A stretch of 60,777 bases of DNA, counting the filler, from Sphacelaria rigidula (lineage: Eukaryota): the NCBI GenBank assembly GCA_964200075.2. It is 4 parts of 4 records of this genome, joined end to end, with 100 filler letters (N's around TTAATTAATTAA, not from the genome) between each part and the next. Parts side by side here need not be neighbours in the genome. Positions count along the whole stretch, not along the records: positions 15,224 to 30,345 come from CAXNAA020001897.1; positions 30,446 to 45,562 come from CAXNAA020001898.1; 2 more parts are not named here. One strand, given 5' to 3'. The notes beneath the pieces were generated by a model. The model searched no databases. It had not been told where the DNA came from and saw nothing but the letters and a program-made list of their open reading frames with translations. The first letter of the stretch is position 1. Each line of letters opens with the position of its first letter. This document shows positions 22,045-35,965 of the stretch, piece by piece. Position numbers and translations under genes: made by a program.

Positions 22045-24919
22045 ACGTGAACGAATTTTCCATTCCATCCGCCCACCCGCCGGACGCCCCCGCCTCGCGC
22101 CCCCTTCCCACTGCTGCTGCCGCACGCCCTCTTCCNNNNNNNNNNCAAGCGGAAAAGGGGGGAAACCCCCCCGGCCGGACCGGGAAACAATTTTCCCTTC
22201 CCCCCCCCCCCCCCCCCCCCCCCCCCTTCCCTTCCCCCCTCGTTTGTTATTGCCGCTGCGTCGGTACTTGATTATGATTGCTGTCGCCGGTACGTCATCT
22301 TCTGACACGGCAACCCCACCAACCGTTGATGTACTTCCAGCACTCTCAGTAAAGCAGCACCAGTCATGAGTGCTTGTGGATATCTCGCCTGCATGTTGAC
22401 ATCACATGTACTAGCTGCAAAAACATTTGTTGTCAGGGTGAAAGTCGTTGGCGGTGAAACCAATAGGGGAAAGCCAGATAACTCTTGTTTTTTTTTCATG
22501 TTTTTTTTCAAAGCTTGGGAGAACAAACGGTGGAATACGTATGGACTCTACTGAGATAGGGTGGTGTGGAGCAATTGCTTTTTTTGCGACGTTCGACTCG
22601 CATGGAGTCAAGCCAAAGTCCAGGGACTGCTCTGCAATTGCTTGTCAAGGACTGTGCCAGCCAGCCCCGTAGACCGTCGGGTACGGCACCCCTCGTCGAC
22701 ACCACGTGGCACTAGATTTGTCTCCGTGTGGATTGGTACTAGATGGGAGAAGGAAGCGGGATAGTGTCGATGTCGCTGACAGGGTAGGCGTTGTGACTTG
22801 ATCCCCCCCCGCCCCCCCCCCCTCCCCAAGCCGCGGGCTGTGGCAGGTAGGAGTCGTGATAACGTGGTCAGAGTGAGGTGCTGAGCTCCTGTGTGTGCTG
22901 CAACGCGCGAGCGCTAGTCAGTCACTTGTTTACTTTATTTGTCCCTCATTGCGGTGTCTTGAAAGCAAAGCAGAAAAATACAATGAAATTTATGAGGAAT
23001 AAAAGAAGAAACGGGGTTGCGAACGGAAGTAGACAAGGGCAATAGCTGATGCCGGAAAAATCCCCCCAAAATCCAATATTTACGATTCGACAATTTTTAT
23101 GCTTTTAATGTTATTTTTCTACAGTAGATAAGAATGAGTGAAAAATCTCCCAAGTCCGAATACAGCCATGTACAACGAATGGGACCGCCGAACCCGCGCG
23201 CGAGCGCCTTGTGAACATCGTACGGTAGATTTAACGTATAGATTGAGTCGCTAGTTTTACTCCCCGATTCTTGGATGCCGTGTGTCGTACCAGCGCGTGT
23301 GAGTGTCTGAACTTTGAAAACCCTGGAGTCCGGTATCTTCTAATCGAATTGATGTACGTCTTCGTTGGCGTAGTCCTGCGCAATGTCCTCACATTGACGG
23401 TTTCCCCATGTCATTGGATGACGCCTCAAAATAGTCGTACTCCACACGAGGTTTACACGGGGGTGTCGCATTCGATGTACCGGAGGTTGAGGACGTTTTA
23501 GACATGATCGAGGTACTGCCATTGCGTTTGGGGTCCCTCAAGCCCCCCCCCCCCCCCCTTCCCCCTCCCCCAGGCCAAGCGTGTATTATACGAGGGCAAT
23601 CGCGCAAAGATTCGCCGTACGTTATGTTGTGCATCATTTATAGCGAGTGAATTTGTAGACCCCACAACAGTGCTTGAAGGTACAGCGTGTTTCTTTTGAA
23701 CTCATGCTCGTAATATTGGACTGCTTGTTTTAGGACCATGGTTGTTCAGCGAACGTGTATATGTAAACTATATCGCGTAGAGAGGAAAGCGCCTTTCCGC
23801 CGTTGTTCGTTCTGTAGACTGACTTGACCCTTCGACCGCCAAGCTGGATAATTCGTTGACTCGGCATCATTATTTGCGGTTTGAAAACGAACGTGAGATG
23901 AAGATGCCCCCCCCCCCCCCTGACGGTTCGAACGATGGAGCTCCAAGTGGTCAACGCCAATTCCAAGTACTGCAAGGAGGAACGCACCCGTTTGAATATA
24001 ATGCTCTGGAATTGTGTGTTTTGATTGACTGTGCAAGACGTGGGGAGTATGAAAGTATACTCTGTTGCATACGGGCTTGGTTGACCGTCGTAAGCTGCGG
24101 GTTCATCTTGCCGTCTGGGAGTTGTAGTGGAGTGACTTCTTCTGTTTTTTGCAAAAAATGCTGTCTTATAGTTTATGTACTTTTTGTGTGTTCATCCGAA
24201 TATCATAGATTTTGATGGCGGTTGAGTGGAAATTCTTGAGACCGTAGAGTTTCGAATAAAGTTCCTGGTCCAGTTATCGGAATCGTGTTGTGAAGAGGAC
24301 GCCATGGGGTACTCCCCCCTTGTTGCGGTATCATTGTCTCTTTGACATAAGCCGAGAAGGGTGCTAACTCAGGCTTTCGACAACCAGCCATACCACGGAG
24401 ATATCGTTGACTTGAGCCAGCGCTGCGTGGACCATATATATACATATGTTTAATAAGAGTACGCTCTTGTAGAGGCCTCTGAATTTTCTTATATGGTGAC
24501 GTGCATCGTGGATTGTCGGGCTGGACGCTGCAGGCTTGACCCCCATGTCGCCAGGGAAAACTACAGCACGTAGCGAGCATCATCGATTGTGAGAACAACC
24601 GTGGTGTATTACACACATGTGAGAGGCATGTGTACTCGATATTTGAATGAGAAATGAGGGTGGTGTGGAACGAGACAAGTCGGGGTTTTCCCCTCTTTTG
24701 CTGTTTACCCCCCATCCTCTCTTTCCCTGCACGGACCAGCTCCGTTGTGTTGAAAGAGGCTGCTACTCTCGCAGTACTGTATTGCTTCTGATGACCATTG
24801 AGGCGACATGGTGCGGGAGTGTTGATTCAACCCGCGATATGAACATGTAGGGTGATTGTCGTGGGCGAGATGGGTAGATCCCTGGAGACGAATGACTCGT
24901 TCTGAGGAGGGGGAGACAT

Positions 24920-25280
24920 TTGTGTGTGTGTGTGAGTTGTCGTCCCATCTATTCTGGACGCCGGTCTACACTTTTCGGTATATGCGGGCGCACCAGCCGG
25001 GGTGACACAGGAGAAAGGTCAACACAGAAGCTTTTCCTTTTCTGTTTGTTTTTATTACCCCACCTTCCTTCTGCGGTGCTTGCCTTTCGTTTTTTAGCGC
25101 GAGAGGGGTTTAGCAGTCCCTTTCCCTCGTCGACCGGCAAGTCGAAATTTGTGTACCCACGACATAGCCGGTCGCCACTGTTGATGTGAGAAAAAATCCC
25201 AGATCGCTCCGAGAGTTGAACCCACGACCCAACCGTCAGAAGGTTCCGAGGTTACCAGCTGAGCCACCGGGGCGACCGGC
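24920..25280 (-). mobile_element. tRNA-derived SINE
   Basis: The reverse strand starts gccggtcgccccggtggctcagctggtaa (A-box) ... gggttcaactctc (B-box), followed by a ~270-bp body and a (CA)n tail. Confidence 0.75.
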
Positions 25281-27076
25281 TGACATTCGATGCAAGGAAT
25301 CACATGAACGATATATATATATATATATATATACAAGGTTCCCCTTCGGGAGGGTCGTACGGGCCTCCCGGGGGTGACGCAAGTCGAAAAATTATGGTTG
25401 AGAGAAACTATACTGTTGTATCTAAATGTACAGCGGTGGTCGTGGCTGCACAAAACATCGCACGTGTTATCGGATGTCATTCGGAAATGTGGGAATTCGG
25501 ACGAAGGCCGACGACGGAACCGCCGGCGTATGACGTGTGGTAAACCCGAGGTGCCAGAGTGCAATAAGTAGCTCTCGTGCCACAAAGGACATGACAGCGG
25601 GAGGAATTTCCGGAAAAAATGGAATGCATGGAACATTCTTGGCATGTTCTTTGTACATCATTGTAGCTTTCACACCACCGGGCCGTTTTTTAAAACGGGG
25701 TGATGGTTTTTTACGGCAAAACATTCCTAACAACGTTCTCGTGAAGTTGAGAGTTGAAGGTACGATAGAGAGTGAAAAGCGGTCAATTAGTGAAGTAGCC
25801 GTTTCAGTTCCGAACTGCATCTCCACGAGGCCCAACATTCTCTCTGTAGTAGCTTCCCACTGAGGCACTCGATACCCCTGAGTAGGATATCAGCATATAG
25901 CTGTAAGCACATGGCAGCGATGAGACGACGAAAAGCTCACACGGGATAAAAATTTGGCCAAGTTAAAGCGGATGATCAAAGCCACTCTCAATCCGCACCC
26001 AACTCTCAATCTCACGAAAACCTTGTTTCCTGTGCAGCGTGCTGCTATGCCCTGTTCAACTCGCCAACGGCCCATTGCACGATCTTGTGTTTGCTGCTGA
26101 CGAAGGCCAAGGCAATGTTCAATTGTTTTCAACTGCTTTGCTCTCATGTTCTCGTGACACTGGCGGCATAGCCGGTGTGCTCGTTCTGCTAAATGAACGA
26201 GAACGCGACAAAGAGAAGCACGAGAGAAAAATACCCCGCCAAAAATACTCCTGTTTCAAGTTTTGCATGATCTTCAATAGGCTTTTGTGGTTCGGGTTCC
26301 TGTTTCAAGTTTTCCATGATGATCTTGAAGAGGGTTTTATGGTTCGGGATCGACACCCTACGAAAGAGTCAGCTTGAGCGACTTTCGGTGGCCAGACCAC
26401 GCGCCATAGGTATCAGATGACGCCCAAACCCGAACGGTAATGTATCGCTGAGCCTTCTTAGTGCGCTGCAAAAGAAAGCGTGGGAAAAAATGCCTTGCCA
26501 TCAGAGAAAACTGGGTAAAAGTAGTGGTGAAAAATGTGAAATGATACGTGTACATATATATAATGGATGTCATCAACTGAACGACTATGGTTACGAGTTC
26601 GATAATGATGGAACAATCGCTTCAAGATCGCGCTGGACTCGAGTGCAGTACGAACCATGCGTTGGCAGATGCGTTCTAGATTCCGCTGGGCGGACATCTA
26701 CGTGCAGAAAGCTCCTCCTGCGCTGTGTCGTCTGTTGGACAAAGAAATATACCCCGGTGATGTAAAGGTCTTGAGCAGACGGTTGCACAAGGTATGACGA
26801 GATCCCACCCATGCGTCAAATGAAACGTGGTGACAGACGAATTTGTTGGCATCTTTACGAATGCCGGGACTTGAGGGTAGGTCGCTCAGGTCCACGTCTG
26901 GCAGGCATTCTCCTTGAGAAACTTACGAAGTTGTCCATCCTACGGGTGGTTCAATTCACAAGGTGATTAATGTGCCATTTCTGTAGCGAACAAAGGCAAT
27001 GGGCCGGTCAAAATTCCACGCCCGAAAGGTGTAAAGAAAATGGCGTGAGGGCAGTAAGCCAAGTCCAAGCCCGCCC

Positions 27077-29350
27077 TCAAAAATAGCCATGTGTCGCGGG
27101 GCGGTGAAGCCGCACGGGAAGTAGCGGTTTGACCACCACGACGTGAACAGGCGGCCGGTGGCAGTCGCTGAGGGCGTGAGTGGGGCCCAGCCGGAGCAGG
27201 CGGCTGAGACTCGGCGCAGGCTTCCGATGGGTTAGTAATGGCCGAATGGATTGGCCCTGGTTACGCCGCCAGAGTGTCAGAGACCGACCTGGCATCGGAG
27301 TCAGCCGCGAGCGGCGGAAAGGCAGAATTTCGTAGCTCCGTAGCGGTTGTGGGGTTGACGGGGACAGCGTCAGCGTCAGTGGCAGCAGCGGTGGTGGTCG
27401 GAGCAGGCATGGTGTAATGGCGATGACCTGCATTAAGACCACCACCAACACGGGACGGGGTGTAGCCCGAGGTCGCGGAGCGCACAGTGTCAAGTGGACG
27501 ATGTTCAGAGGACGTGTTCGAAAATAAGTCACGCACGTCTTCTCCACACTCTCACAAGAAGACAGAAGTCCCACCGGCTACCGTACATGGTACTATGCAC
27601 CAAGACCTACTACTGCCTCACCGTGACAAGAGCAAATTACATTCTTTGAGACACACTTGCAGACCAACACGTATATCCACAACTCACTGTTCACCCACTG
27701 CTCCTCCTTACTATCGAGCGGCCTTTCTCCGCTTGTTGGCGGCCCTGGGTAGGACGCTGAGAATGGCTGCGGCCTTCAATGCGTAGTAAACCATCATCCG
27801 CAATCATAACCGCGGCGGACGTTGTGATTGTGACCAGTATGGCGGAGAAAACTCGCGAGGCACGCTACGATAGGGGAGGGTATTTTGGGCCGTTTTCTTC
27901 CACGAAATTCGACTCCAATCGCCATTGAAAGCAGCCAACAGCTGTTCGAACGCGCTTGCTCCCGATGAATAACGCTCATTCATACTGCTTTACACAGCTC
28001 TTACCCAACTTCAAGCGCACCACGAGTGTCTTAGATCATTTGGCGCATCTATGAGCACATGTTTTCGTGGAATCGAACCCCCCCCTCCCTCCAATCGTAG
28101 CATGGCTCTCGCGCCCCCACAGCCGAAGAAACCAAGGCCGTATTTCGTTCAGGAGCGGCCGGGGCCCACATATAGGGCAGCTAGGGCTTATCCTCATCGA
28201 TTTCCGGAGTGACCATGAAGGCTCGCCATCATTGGCCGTCGCTGTCAGCAGCAACAACTTTTAATAATCAGGCCAGGCAAGACACTCCGCGTTTAGAGAA
28301 TGTTACCGGAGACATTCTCGGTCTCTCCGATGGCGATCGTTTTGCCGTACCGATCGTTCTGCCGTACCCTTGTTATCCAACAAGGGCCGTACCCTAGCTG
28401 TGACAACCACTGCTGTAGCCCTACGTATTGTCGTGGTTGACGTTGCCACTGTCCCACAGCGCCATTGTGAGGATGACAGTATCACTGGATCTGAGCCCGC
28501 CAGTGTCGCTGCCGTTAGTAGACGGCACAATGTAATGAACATCAACAAACTGTGGCACATCAACACTGTTCCTCCCGCTACTGGTGAGGAGTCAGGAAAA
28601 TATACATCTATTCTCTTCACATCAGAACGACATACACTGACCAATATATTGCAATGGGCTGATGTCTCTGGAAACCAACAATTTTCTGGCGGCACAAGAA
28701 TTGGCAGATAACAGACCTCGTTTCACAAATTCTTGTATTATGGCATCAACAAACGTGCAACTCCCAATTCGGAGTTGCTCTCACTCACGTCATTGATGGC
28801 TGATTCACCATGTTGGCTGCCGACAAGATCCACGGAAGCCGTAGGCCAATAACTCTCATTTGGAGCGGTGTATGAGATTCTCCTTCGACCGTGATCTCCA
28901 GGCTGATGCCAGCCACCCAATGGCTTAGTTCGTTTTTCGTAGCTGCAGACGTCGTATTCGCCGAAAACCTCCGCGAACTCAAGAGTTTAGTGCCAACTAC
29001 GGCAGGAAACGGGCGGAGGAATGGTCCAATAGACCGAATGTGCCAGCCATACATTCAGGATAGTATCGCCCACTAGTGCCTGTCATTGATGGCTTGTTTC
29101 CCGGCGAGCTTGCTACCCGGGGCGTATCATAAGCATACCACAAGCTTCTGTTGAGGCGATGTGAACTGATTTTGTTAGCCAAGAAAAAAATCTGGCGCCC
29201 GCAAAAGCGGCAAATCTTACGCTTCTGTACTTTTGCAGCCACACCTTGGCCGCTCTGCGAGCACCCATTCTGCACCACGTGGCCGCACACAGACTATTTG
29301 AAGTGCGCCTTGGATTCCTGATTCTGTCCAGTATTAGTGCTGAGGACCAA
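27077..29350 (-). mobile_element. Highly degenerate LTR-retrotransposon integrase/3' pol relic
   Basis: Fragments YAYDTPRVASSPG...GRYYPECM (zinc-binding region-like) and YWPTASVDLVG (start of the catalytic core-like region), with many stops. Boundaries are uncertain. Confidence 0.4.
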
Positions 29351-32300
29351 AATGATTCTTTTCCTGCGAGTTTTGATGGATGACCCCAGTCTGCAAAGAC
29401 TTGGGACCAATTTTGTTTCTCTCTCTTTTCCGTCGTGGACTACAAATGATCCACACTTGTAGCCGTCCCTTCCTTCATCAGCTGATGGACGTGGCGCTTT
29501 CAGTAGTCACTCGAACATCTGTAGTATCAATAGTTCTGGCCAAGGCCGAAGCATGCATAACTGTTCTGAATTTTGCATTAACACGTTCGGTCTCACCAAC
29601 TCTGAAATTCACACCAACAAGCCGGCATGGTACCTACCGATGGCAAAAGCTCAAGCGCAACTTCCGCATTCTAAACCGTAACTGGCCTAGTCACAACGGT
29701 GACAGAAATCATCAGAGATCCAACAACGGTCGCCGTAACTTTGATGATCGTGACGAAAGCATCAAGAACAGCAACGTTTTCTCACCAAAGATATGGTTTA
29801 TCTTCTCGAGGCAACCACCGCAGTGATGACCGTCATCAACGGACTGAGCTGAACCCTGTGACTCAAAACCGAACAATCGGAAATGATTTTTTTCATGACG
29901 CATCGAACGGTTCAATGACTGTCCGACGTCGGCATTTTCAGTCTTCGGCGCGGTCGACAACACCCACGAAGTAGTACCCTAATGGTTTTTTCAGCATTTC
30001 CCACGGAGCCAGCGACTAATCGTTTTTGCTTGACCCCTTCGGTGCATCATAGAAATAAGTGCCTGCCGAAACATACCATACCCGCGCCACCTCTCCCGTC
30101 TCGATCTAAAAGCCATGTTATTTCGCTCATGTTTTGCACGCAGATCTGGAACTGCCCCCCTAAAGATGAGTGCAAGTCTCAGGTGTGCAATTCCAGACCG
30201 CCAATCGTCGGGGCTACGGCTTAACCCCGCAATAGCACGCGACGGTGGTGAGTTCTCTTTCGTTCAGTCCTGCACGACGGATTTGGACGCCGTCACTTCG
30301 GACCATTGTGCATCGGTTCAAGAGTCATCCTACGATAGGGGGGGGNNNNNNNNNNNNNNNNNNNNNNNNNNNNNNNNNNNNNNNNNNNNTTAATTAATTA
30401 ANNNNNNNNNNNNNNNNNNNNNNNNNNNNNNNNNNNNNNNNNNNNGTGGATTCTGGAGAAGTCCCTCACTGAATAGCCCTCTTGTCCAGATCGTCTGGCA
30501 GAGGCTATAAAGCACGATCGAGGTGCATTCATGACTAGGATGCGAACGTCCATATGTCGGCGTAGTCTCTGTCCCTACAGACGGCAACGCTTTAATCGGA
30601 AATGGGTTCTAACGCAGTGCACGAGGGGTGGTCAGGGAGCGATAACGATCTCTTCGAAATTTGGGGAGTACCGGCCTGTTCCACTCTAAAGTTTCCATCT
30701 GTCTGAGCCCACACGCAATCTCTCCCTTGGAGTTCACGTGCGCTTGCTACATCAGGGTTATCTTCATGACCATCTGGAGGAGCCCGCCTAGGGTGACGCG
30801 TATAGCGCACAAAAGGGTCGGCGGCTCCAGGAGCTATTGAAATGAGTTATCGGACACCCGAACCTAGGTCACGCTCATGGCGCACCACCTGAGTCGCTGT
30901 CACTTGAGTGTGTGGCTTTGAATTTGGTGTTCCCCGATAAACAGTCGGAGAGGCAGTGTCTACCGTAACAGAAGATATTTCGGCTCCGGATGCGTTAGAA
31001 ACTGCACTACATGACTTCCTCTCCTTCGAAGGGAAGGGGTTCGATTGAATGCGATTGATACCTGGCGGATTTAAAACCGGGTGATCAAATCCAGGATCAA
31101 AACGTTGGGTTTGGTCAATGCTCCATTGATAGCCATGCGACGGTGCACGGGCCTCGACTGTCTTGGAACCCTTCAAGGCAGTGCCAGCATATCCAGGGAA
31201 CCCACACCACATGGTTGAACCCGCGGTGGCCGTCGTTGATTCACGTGTGTGATGTTTGTGACCTGGCCAAGCGAAAACAAATTGTTGACATAAAATTGTT
31301 GGAAACTTCTGCGGTGAAATACCGGTCATTGTTTATTTCTGATTGTGGGATTGTACCCACTGATGATAAATAAACTACAGAAGTAGAAAATGAACAGGCA
31401 GGTGGCGGCGCTTAGGTTTTGGGCTAAGCAACGCGTCCCGAGTTACTCCACTGGATACTATTTGGAATCTCCGAAACGTATAGAACGTTCCCAAAAGGTT
31501 GTCAAGTTGTGAGGTGGGCATCAGTGTTGTGTGGGTACCGCCCTGGTGGGGTGCGGAGGTCATCGTCAGGAAAGGTTTTCGTAGCATTAGGGCTCCCGTG
31601 GAGAGAGATCCATCTTAGAACGAAGAGTGGGAACACCGTCGGCGGTTTGAGTGGCTGGTTGGTGTACAGGGGAGTGGGCACCAACGGGGTTAGGATGAGC
31701 ATATGGAGGAGGGTTGTCTTCATCCACACTCACGTCCCTGAAAAATCGTCCTGCAACAACGCCATCATCAACATCGAAACGTTCCGGTTCGTTGTTGCCA
31801 ACCGTCTCACTACGCATGATTTGGGCTAACTGTGCGGTTCTTTTACCATTGTTTGTAGGGAGCGCACCGCCCTTCGCGACATCGTGCTCCGATGAAGTCG
31901 AAGGGCGGTTGGTATCAGACGTGGCTTGTACATTCTCGCAATTGCGCCAGACCGGTAACGTAGAGATGCGGGAGTTGAAAAGTGAACGTTTCGTTATGGG
32001 AGACAGCATAGTTGTTGAGGACTGAGGTGAGTGAACAAAAATAAAAGGAATAGAATGGCAGGGTACTGTCGACAGTTTTCGATCGACATGTAGGTCCGCG
32101 CACTCCGCACGTGTAGTAATCTATCACTTTTTCCATCAGGTGCAGACGAAAGGAAAACAAATATGTCGAAGGCACACAACAAACCGTATGTGTGTGCGTT
32201 GGTAGATAAAGTGTAGCAGCAAAGAGACAAGAAGAAAGCGAAAGTTGTCACAATCAACAGACATACAGTGGCTGTCACCAGCGAAACAGCGCATTGGACA

Positions 32301-32363
32301 AACCTGCATGCCATAAAGGGATATACGTGTGGGACGCAGCAAACAGCAACGTCAAACCGCTCA

Positions 32364-32612
32364 GACACTTTCTACGATAGCCCCCTCCCCGAAAGTGCAT
32401 GGTTTTGGAAGGCGAAATCTTCACGTGAATCGAAAAGGGAAAAGCCGAGCACAACGAGAAGCTGGTAATTCCCACGGTTGGGTTCGTTCTCGCCAATGTC
32501 GCCAATATGAGGCGCTTCATGTAGCCTGAACCCAAACATCAGGCGCTCTATGGCCATATTTTTCGTGACACTCTTGAGCTGATTTTGGGGGGGGGCTATC
32601 GTAGAAAGTGTC
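32364..32612. mobile_element. MITE, GACAC family copy 2 (4-bp TSD ctca)
   Basis: Same TIRs and body as 3910-4156, with ctca on both flanks. Confidence 0.9.
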
Positions 32613-35600
32613 CTCAGTTCTGTTTTGAGAACAAATTGAGGTTGAGAAAAATATTGCTGGATGCCGTATTGTATTTCCAGAGGCCATATCAGCGCAGCTG
32701 GCGATACTCATATAATAGCACCGCCTAGTTCACTGAAAATAGCCGAGTCGGGGTCTTGGTGACGTACATCGTACAGGTAGACGGTTGAAAGATGGACACG
32801 CACAACCGCAAAATAGGTATGTAGTGCGGTACAAACAGCAACGCACGAAGCACCGGACAGCAAATGCTGGGTGGCACAGTACAGTACGTATGATATTCGG
32901 GTGGTGGAGCGGAGGGTCGGGTCAATGGTACAGGACGAATATCAATTTGTTCGTATCACGCTGAGGATACCCGGCACAGTGCTATACCCGCGTCGTGTTC
33001 ATATCTACAATACAATATAGATGACTTCGTTCAGATAGTGCAGCAGTAGCAACGTATGCTACAGCACGGCACCTCACCGTCCGCAACATATTGTCCGCCG
33101 AGACCATCTGTAATTCAACGGCACTTTACTGGCGTCAGTACTTCAATTCGGAGCAATGTTTCAACGCGGAAGGCATGCGGCCTTCTGGACGATCAAGTAT
33201 GTAGTGTAGTGCGTGTTGATGTGGCAGCAATCAAACTGTAGTGTACCCTGGTGCCGTGTGAAAGTGACAAAGTACAGAGTCGAGAGCTTGTGTACAAGTA
33301 ACATGAGCCTCGCGGGTCACCGTGTTCCATCATGCTCGTGTAGAGACAAAAATCTTACATATCTGGCCCAATGTGTCGCATCGAAAAAATTCAGTGTGCA
33401 TGGTGGGCTCAACGGTCCATCTTCGGGCAAGAAGAATCGTTCGTCTGCGCAGCGGCGGCGATTGAAATAGCCCGCATACTCCTAATCTGTAAGCATGAAT
33501 CGGCGTGTGTTGGGACAGACGTCGGCTGGTATGGTTGATACAGAGTTGACGAGCGGTGAGGGGGGGTACAGGCGGAGCACTCGGGGGGTGTCTGGTTGGG
33601 GATTTTTCGAATATTCCACGGGCCTGTGAGGGGCGTGTTGAAACGCAGAACGTGGAAGCGGTTCAATTGTTTTTGAGAACCACCCGAGCTGAAATATGAA
33701 AAGGAAAACCGCAGTTCTGATCGAGTGTACGTGTACCTCGAGCGCCTGATGGTCCGGTCACCATTGCCTAAACGCAGCGTGGATACTGTATGACACATCG
33801 AAGACCTGAAGCTAGACCCGAGTCGGAGGATTCGTCAACTCGAAGTGGAAAAGAGGCGGCTGCCTTTAGAAACAAATCAGCTGATCACCCGTTTGAAAAA
33901 AGATCAACTGATCACCCGATGAATGGTGTATACAAAATCAAGTGAAAATCAAAGGCCGAAAATACAGTACTTGAAAAAAAAAAACGTGAGCTTGTGTTTG
34001 GCAGTTGTGTCAGCGGTCGACCGAAAGAGAAAACACGACAGCTTGAATGAAACAAGCTACCTCTTAAGCCCCATCAGTGTCGAAGTACACACTAGCAGAG
34101 CAAGCCACACCCCAAGGTAGATGAGAATGTGACCCAATGGTCCTGTTTTCGACTCGTTAACTCAAGCAATAAGGTTCTCTCGCACACAGCACTCGTTAAC
34201 AGCAGACAGCTGTTATTAAGAGTAAGTACCGAGCTCTGTCGAAAAAGGCAAAACCCAAAAGATACAAAGGGGTTATGATAAACAGTGGTGGGCGGTCTAA
34301 CTATTCAGCGGGTTTTAGGATTTCCCTCGCGTATTACTCTTCGATAGAACTCGAAACTACTAGCTTCCGTAGCTTTTGGTACAATACCCAGATCACCCTC
34401 GTAACACAGTGCCCAAGTCAGTGCGAGTTGGTGTTATCGGGAGAAATGAGTAAATACCCCGTTCATCAGGAGCGTGTTTTTGACCGTAAAACACAGTTTT
34501 TCGGCTCTAGTGCAATGGGTAGGCAGAATTTAAAAAAAATAACACTGTACATTTTTTCAGAAATATGATCTGGACAGGATCAATCGACCGAAAATAGCGA
34601 AGAGTAAGAATCCGGACTGAAACGTCGAAGGACCCCCGATGACCGGTCAGCCCGTACGTCACTCAGTGTTGAGTACAGATGATTTCTTCTCTTGGAATGT
34701 GGAGCGGATACAAATATCTTCTGATCCCCAATGTGATGAACGGTGGCAAGCGAAAAGAGCCCAAGTAATCGCCAATTACGAATAAATCACAAAATATCTC
34801 AAAATGAATAGTTGGACCGCCCACTACTGTACATTACTCACTTCTTGAGAACGGCTTGCCGGCCCGAAGGTGAGGCGCCGCGTAGAGCAGATGAAAAGCT
34901 GGTGGTCCTTCTACGGTAAGTCCTTCTCTGGCAGGTGGTTCGCAAGTGAGGGGAGGTGGGAAGCAGCTATGGTCCGCTGTTTTCCCAACACGTCCTCCTG
35001 CTGCGCTTACAATATGCCATAAAACCACTCATGAAGGCGCGTGCGTTGAGCGGGCGCGTGCCCCATACAGCCAATCTGATACAAGCAATCCAACTACACA
35101 ATCAGTCTGACGCGCTATGCTGTGGCCAATCAAAGCGCCCGTAGGACAACGCGTAGTTGTACGGCCGGAATGCGCAGACCAGTCTGGAGATTCCTCAAAA
35201 CGTATCTAAAAACACACCATACATATCCACTTTACAATCACACATTCGACTAGAATCTTTTCATACCGACCGGTCGTTTCTGGGGACCATCTGCAAATCC
35301 CAAAGAACTAGTTCAATTCAGGCACTCAGTCATTCACCATCACATATGCTCCCCGTTTCTAAAGTAAAATTTCATACAAATCCCGGCTACTACCCGTAGA
35401 TCATTATCTTGTCCCAAGTGCCCCAAGCAGAGGAATGCTACGGTAGGGATGCACTCTTTTAGCGAAATTATGTCTAGTTCAGGGACTCCTAACGATTGTA
35501 GATGCACAAAAATATGGACCAAGGAACCCCCGTTTGCAAATTCATTCGGGATACCCCCAGCACATTGAAGTAGTTATCTTGGCGTACTTTCTCATATTTT

Positions 35601-35965
35601 CATAGGTCGTGTTTGCAGGAGATGAAGGGCTCCCAACAATTCTAACCCTAGAAAGAAAGTGTGTACCCCTACCGTAGCATCACTCAGCAGTACCCCCAAT
35701 CGTAACGGGATAATGATCACGAACACTTTCAAGAATTGTCATGAATAAACGACAATCAATCGAACCTTGATATCTTCCGGCATATCAATCTTTACTCCCC
35801 CGAATCTCTCATTTCCACACACTTTCTGACAGGTATTCAAACATTGAAAACCGAATCAATTCAAAACCAGTCGGCCTTCTTGAAAACATGTTGTATCAAA
35901 TCTCACTTCATCCCAATAACTTCTTCATCCGCGCCGAATATAATATTCTCCAGGGGATAATTTTC

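Noticed and set aside
25195-25280. Functional tRNA gene
   Set aside because: The cloverleaf is imperfect and the sequence continues into a body with a (CA)n tail, so it is a SINE head.
30445-32030. Possible retroelement gag/pol remnant
   Set aside because: It looks like decayed coding sequence, but no diagnostic motif could be recognised.
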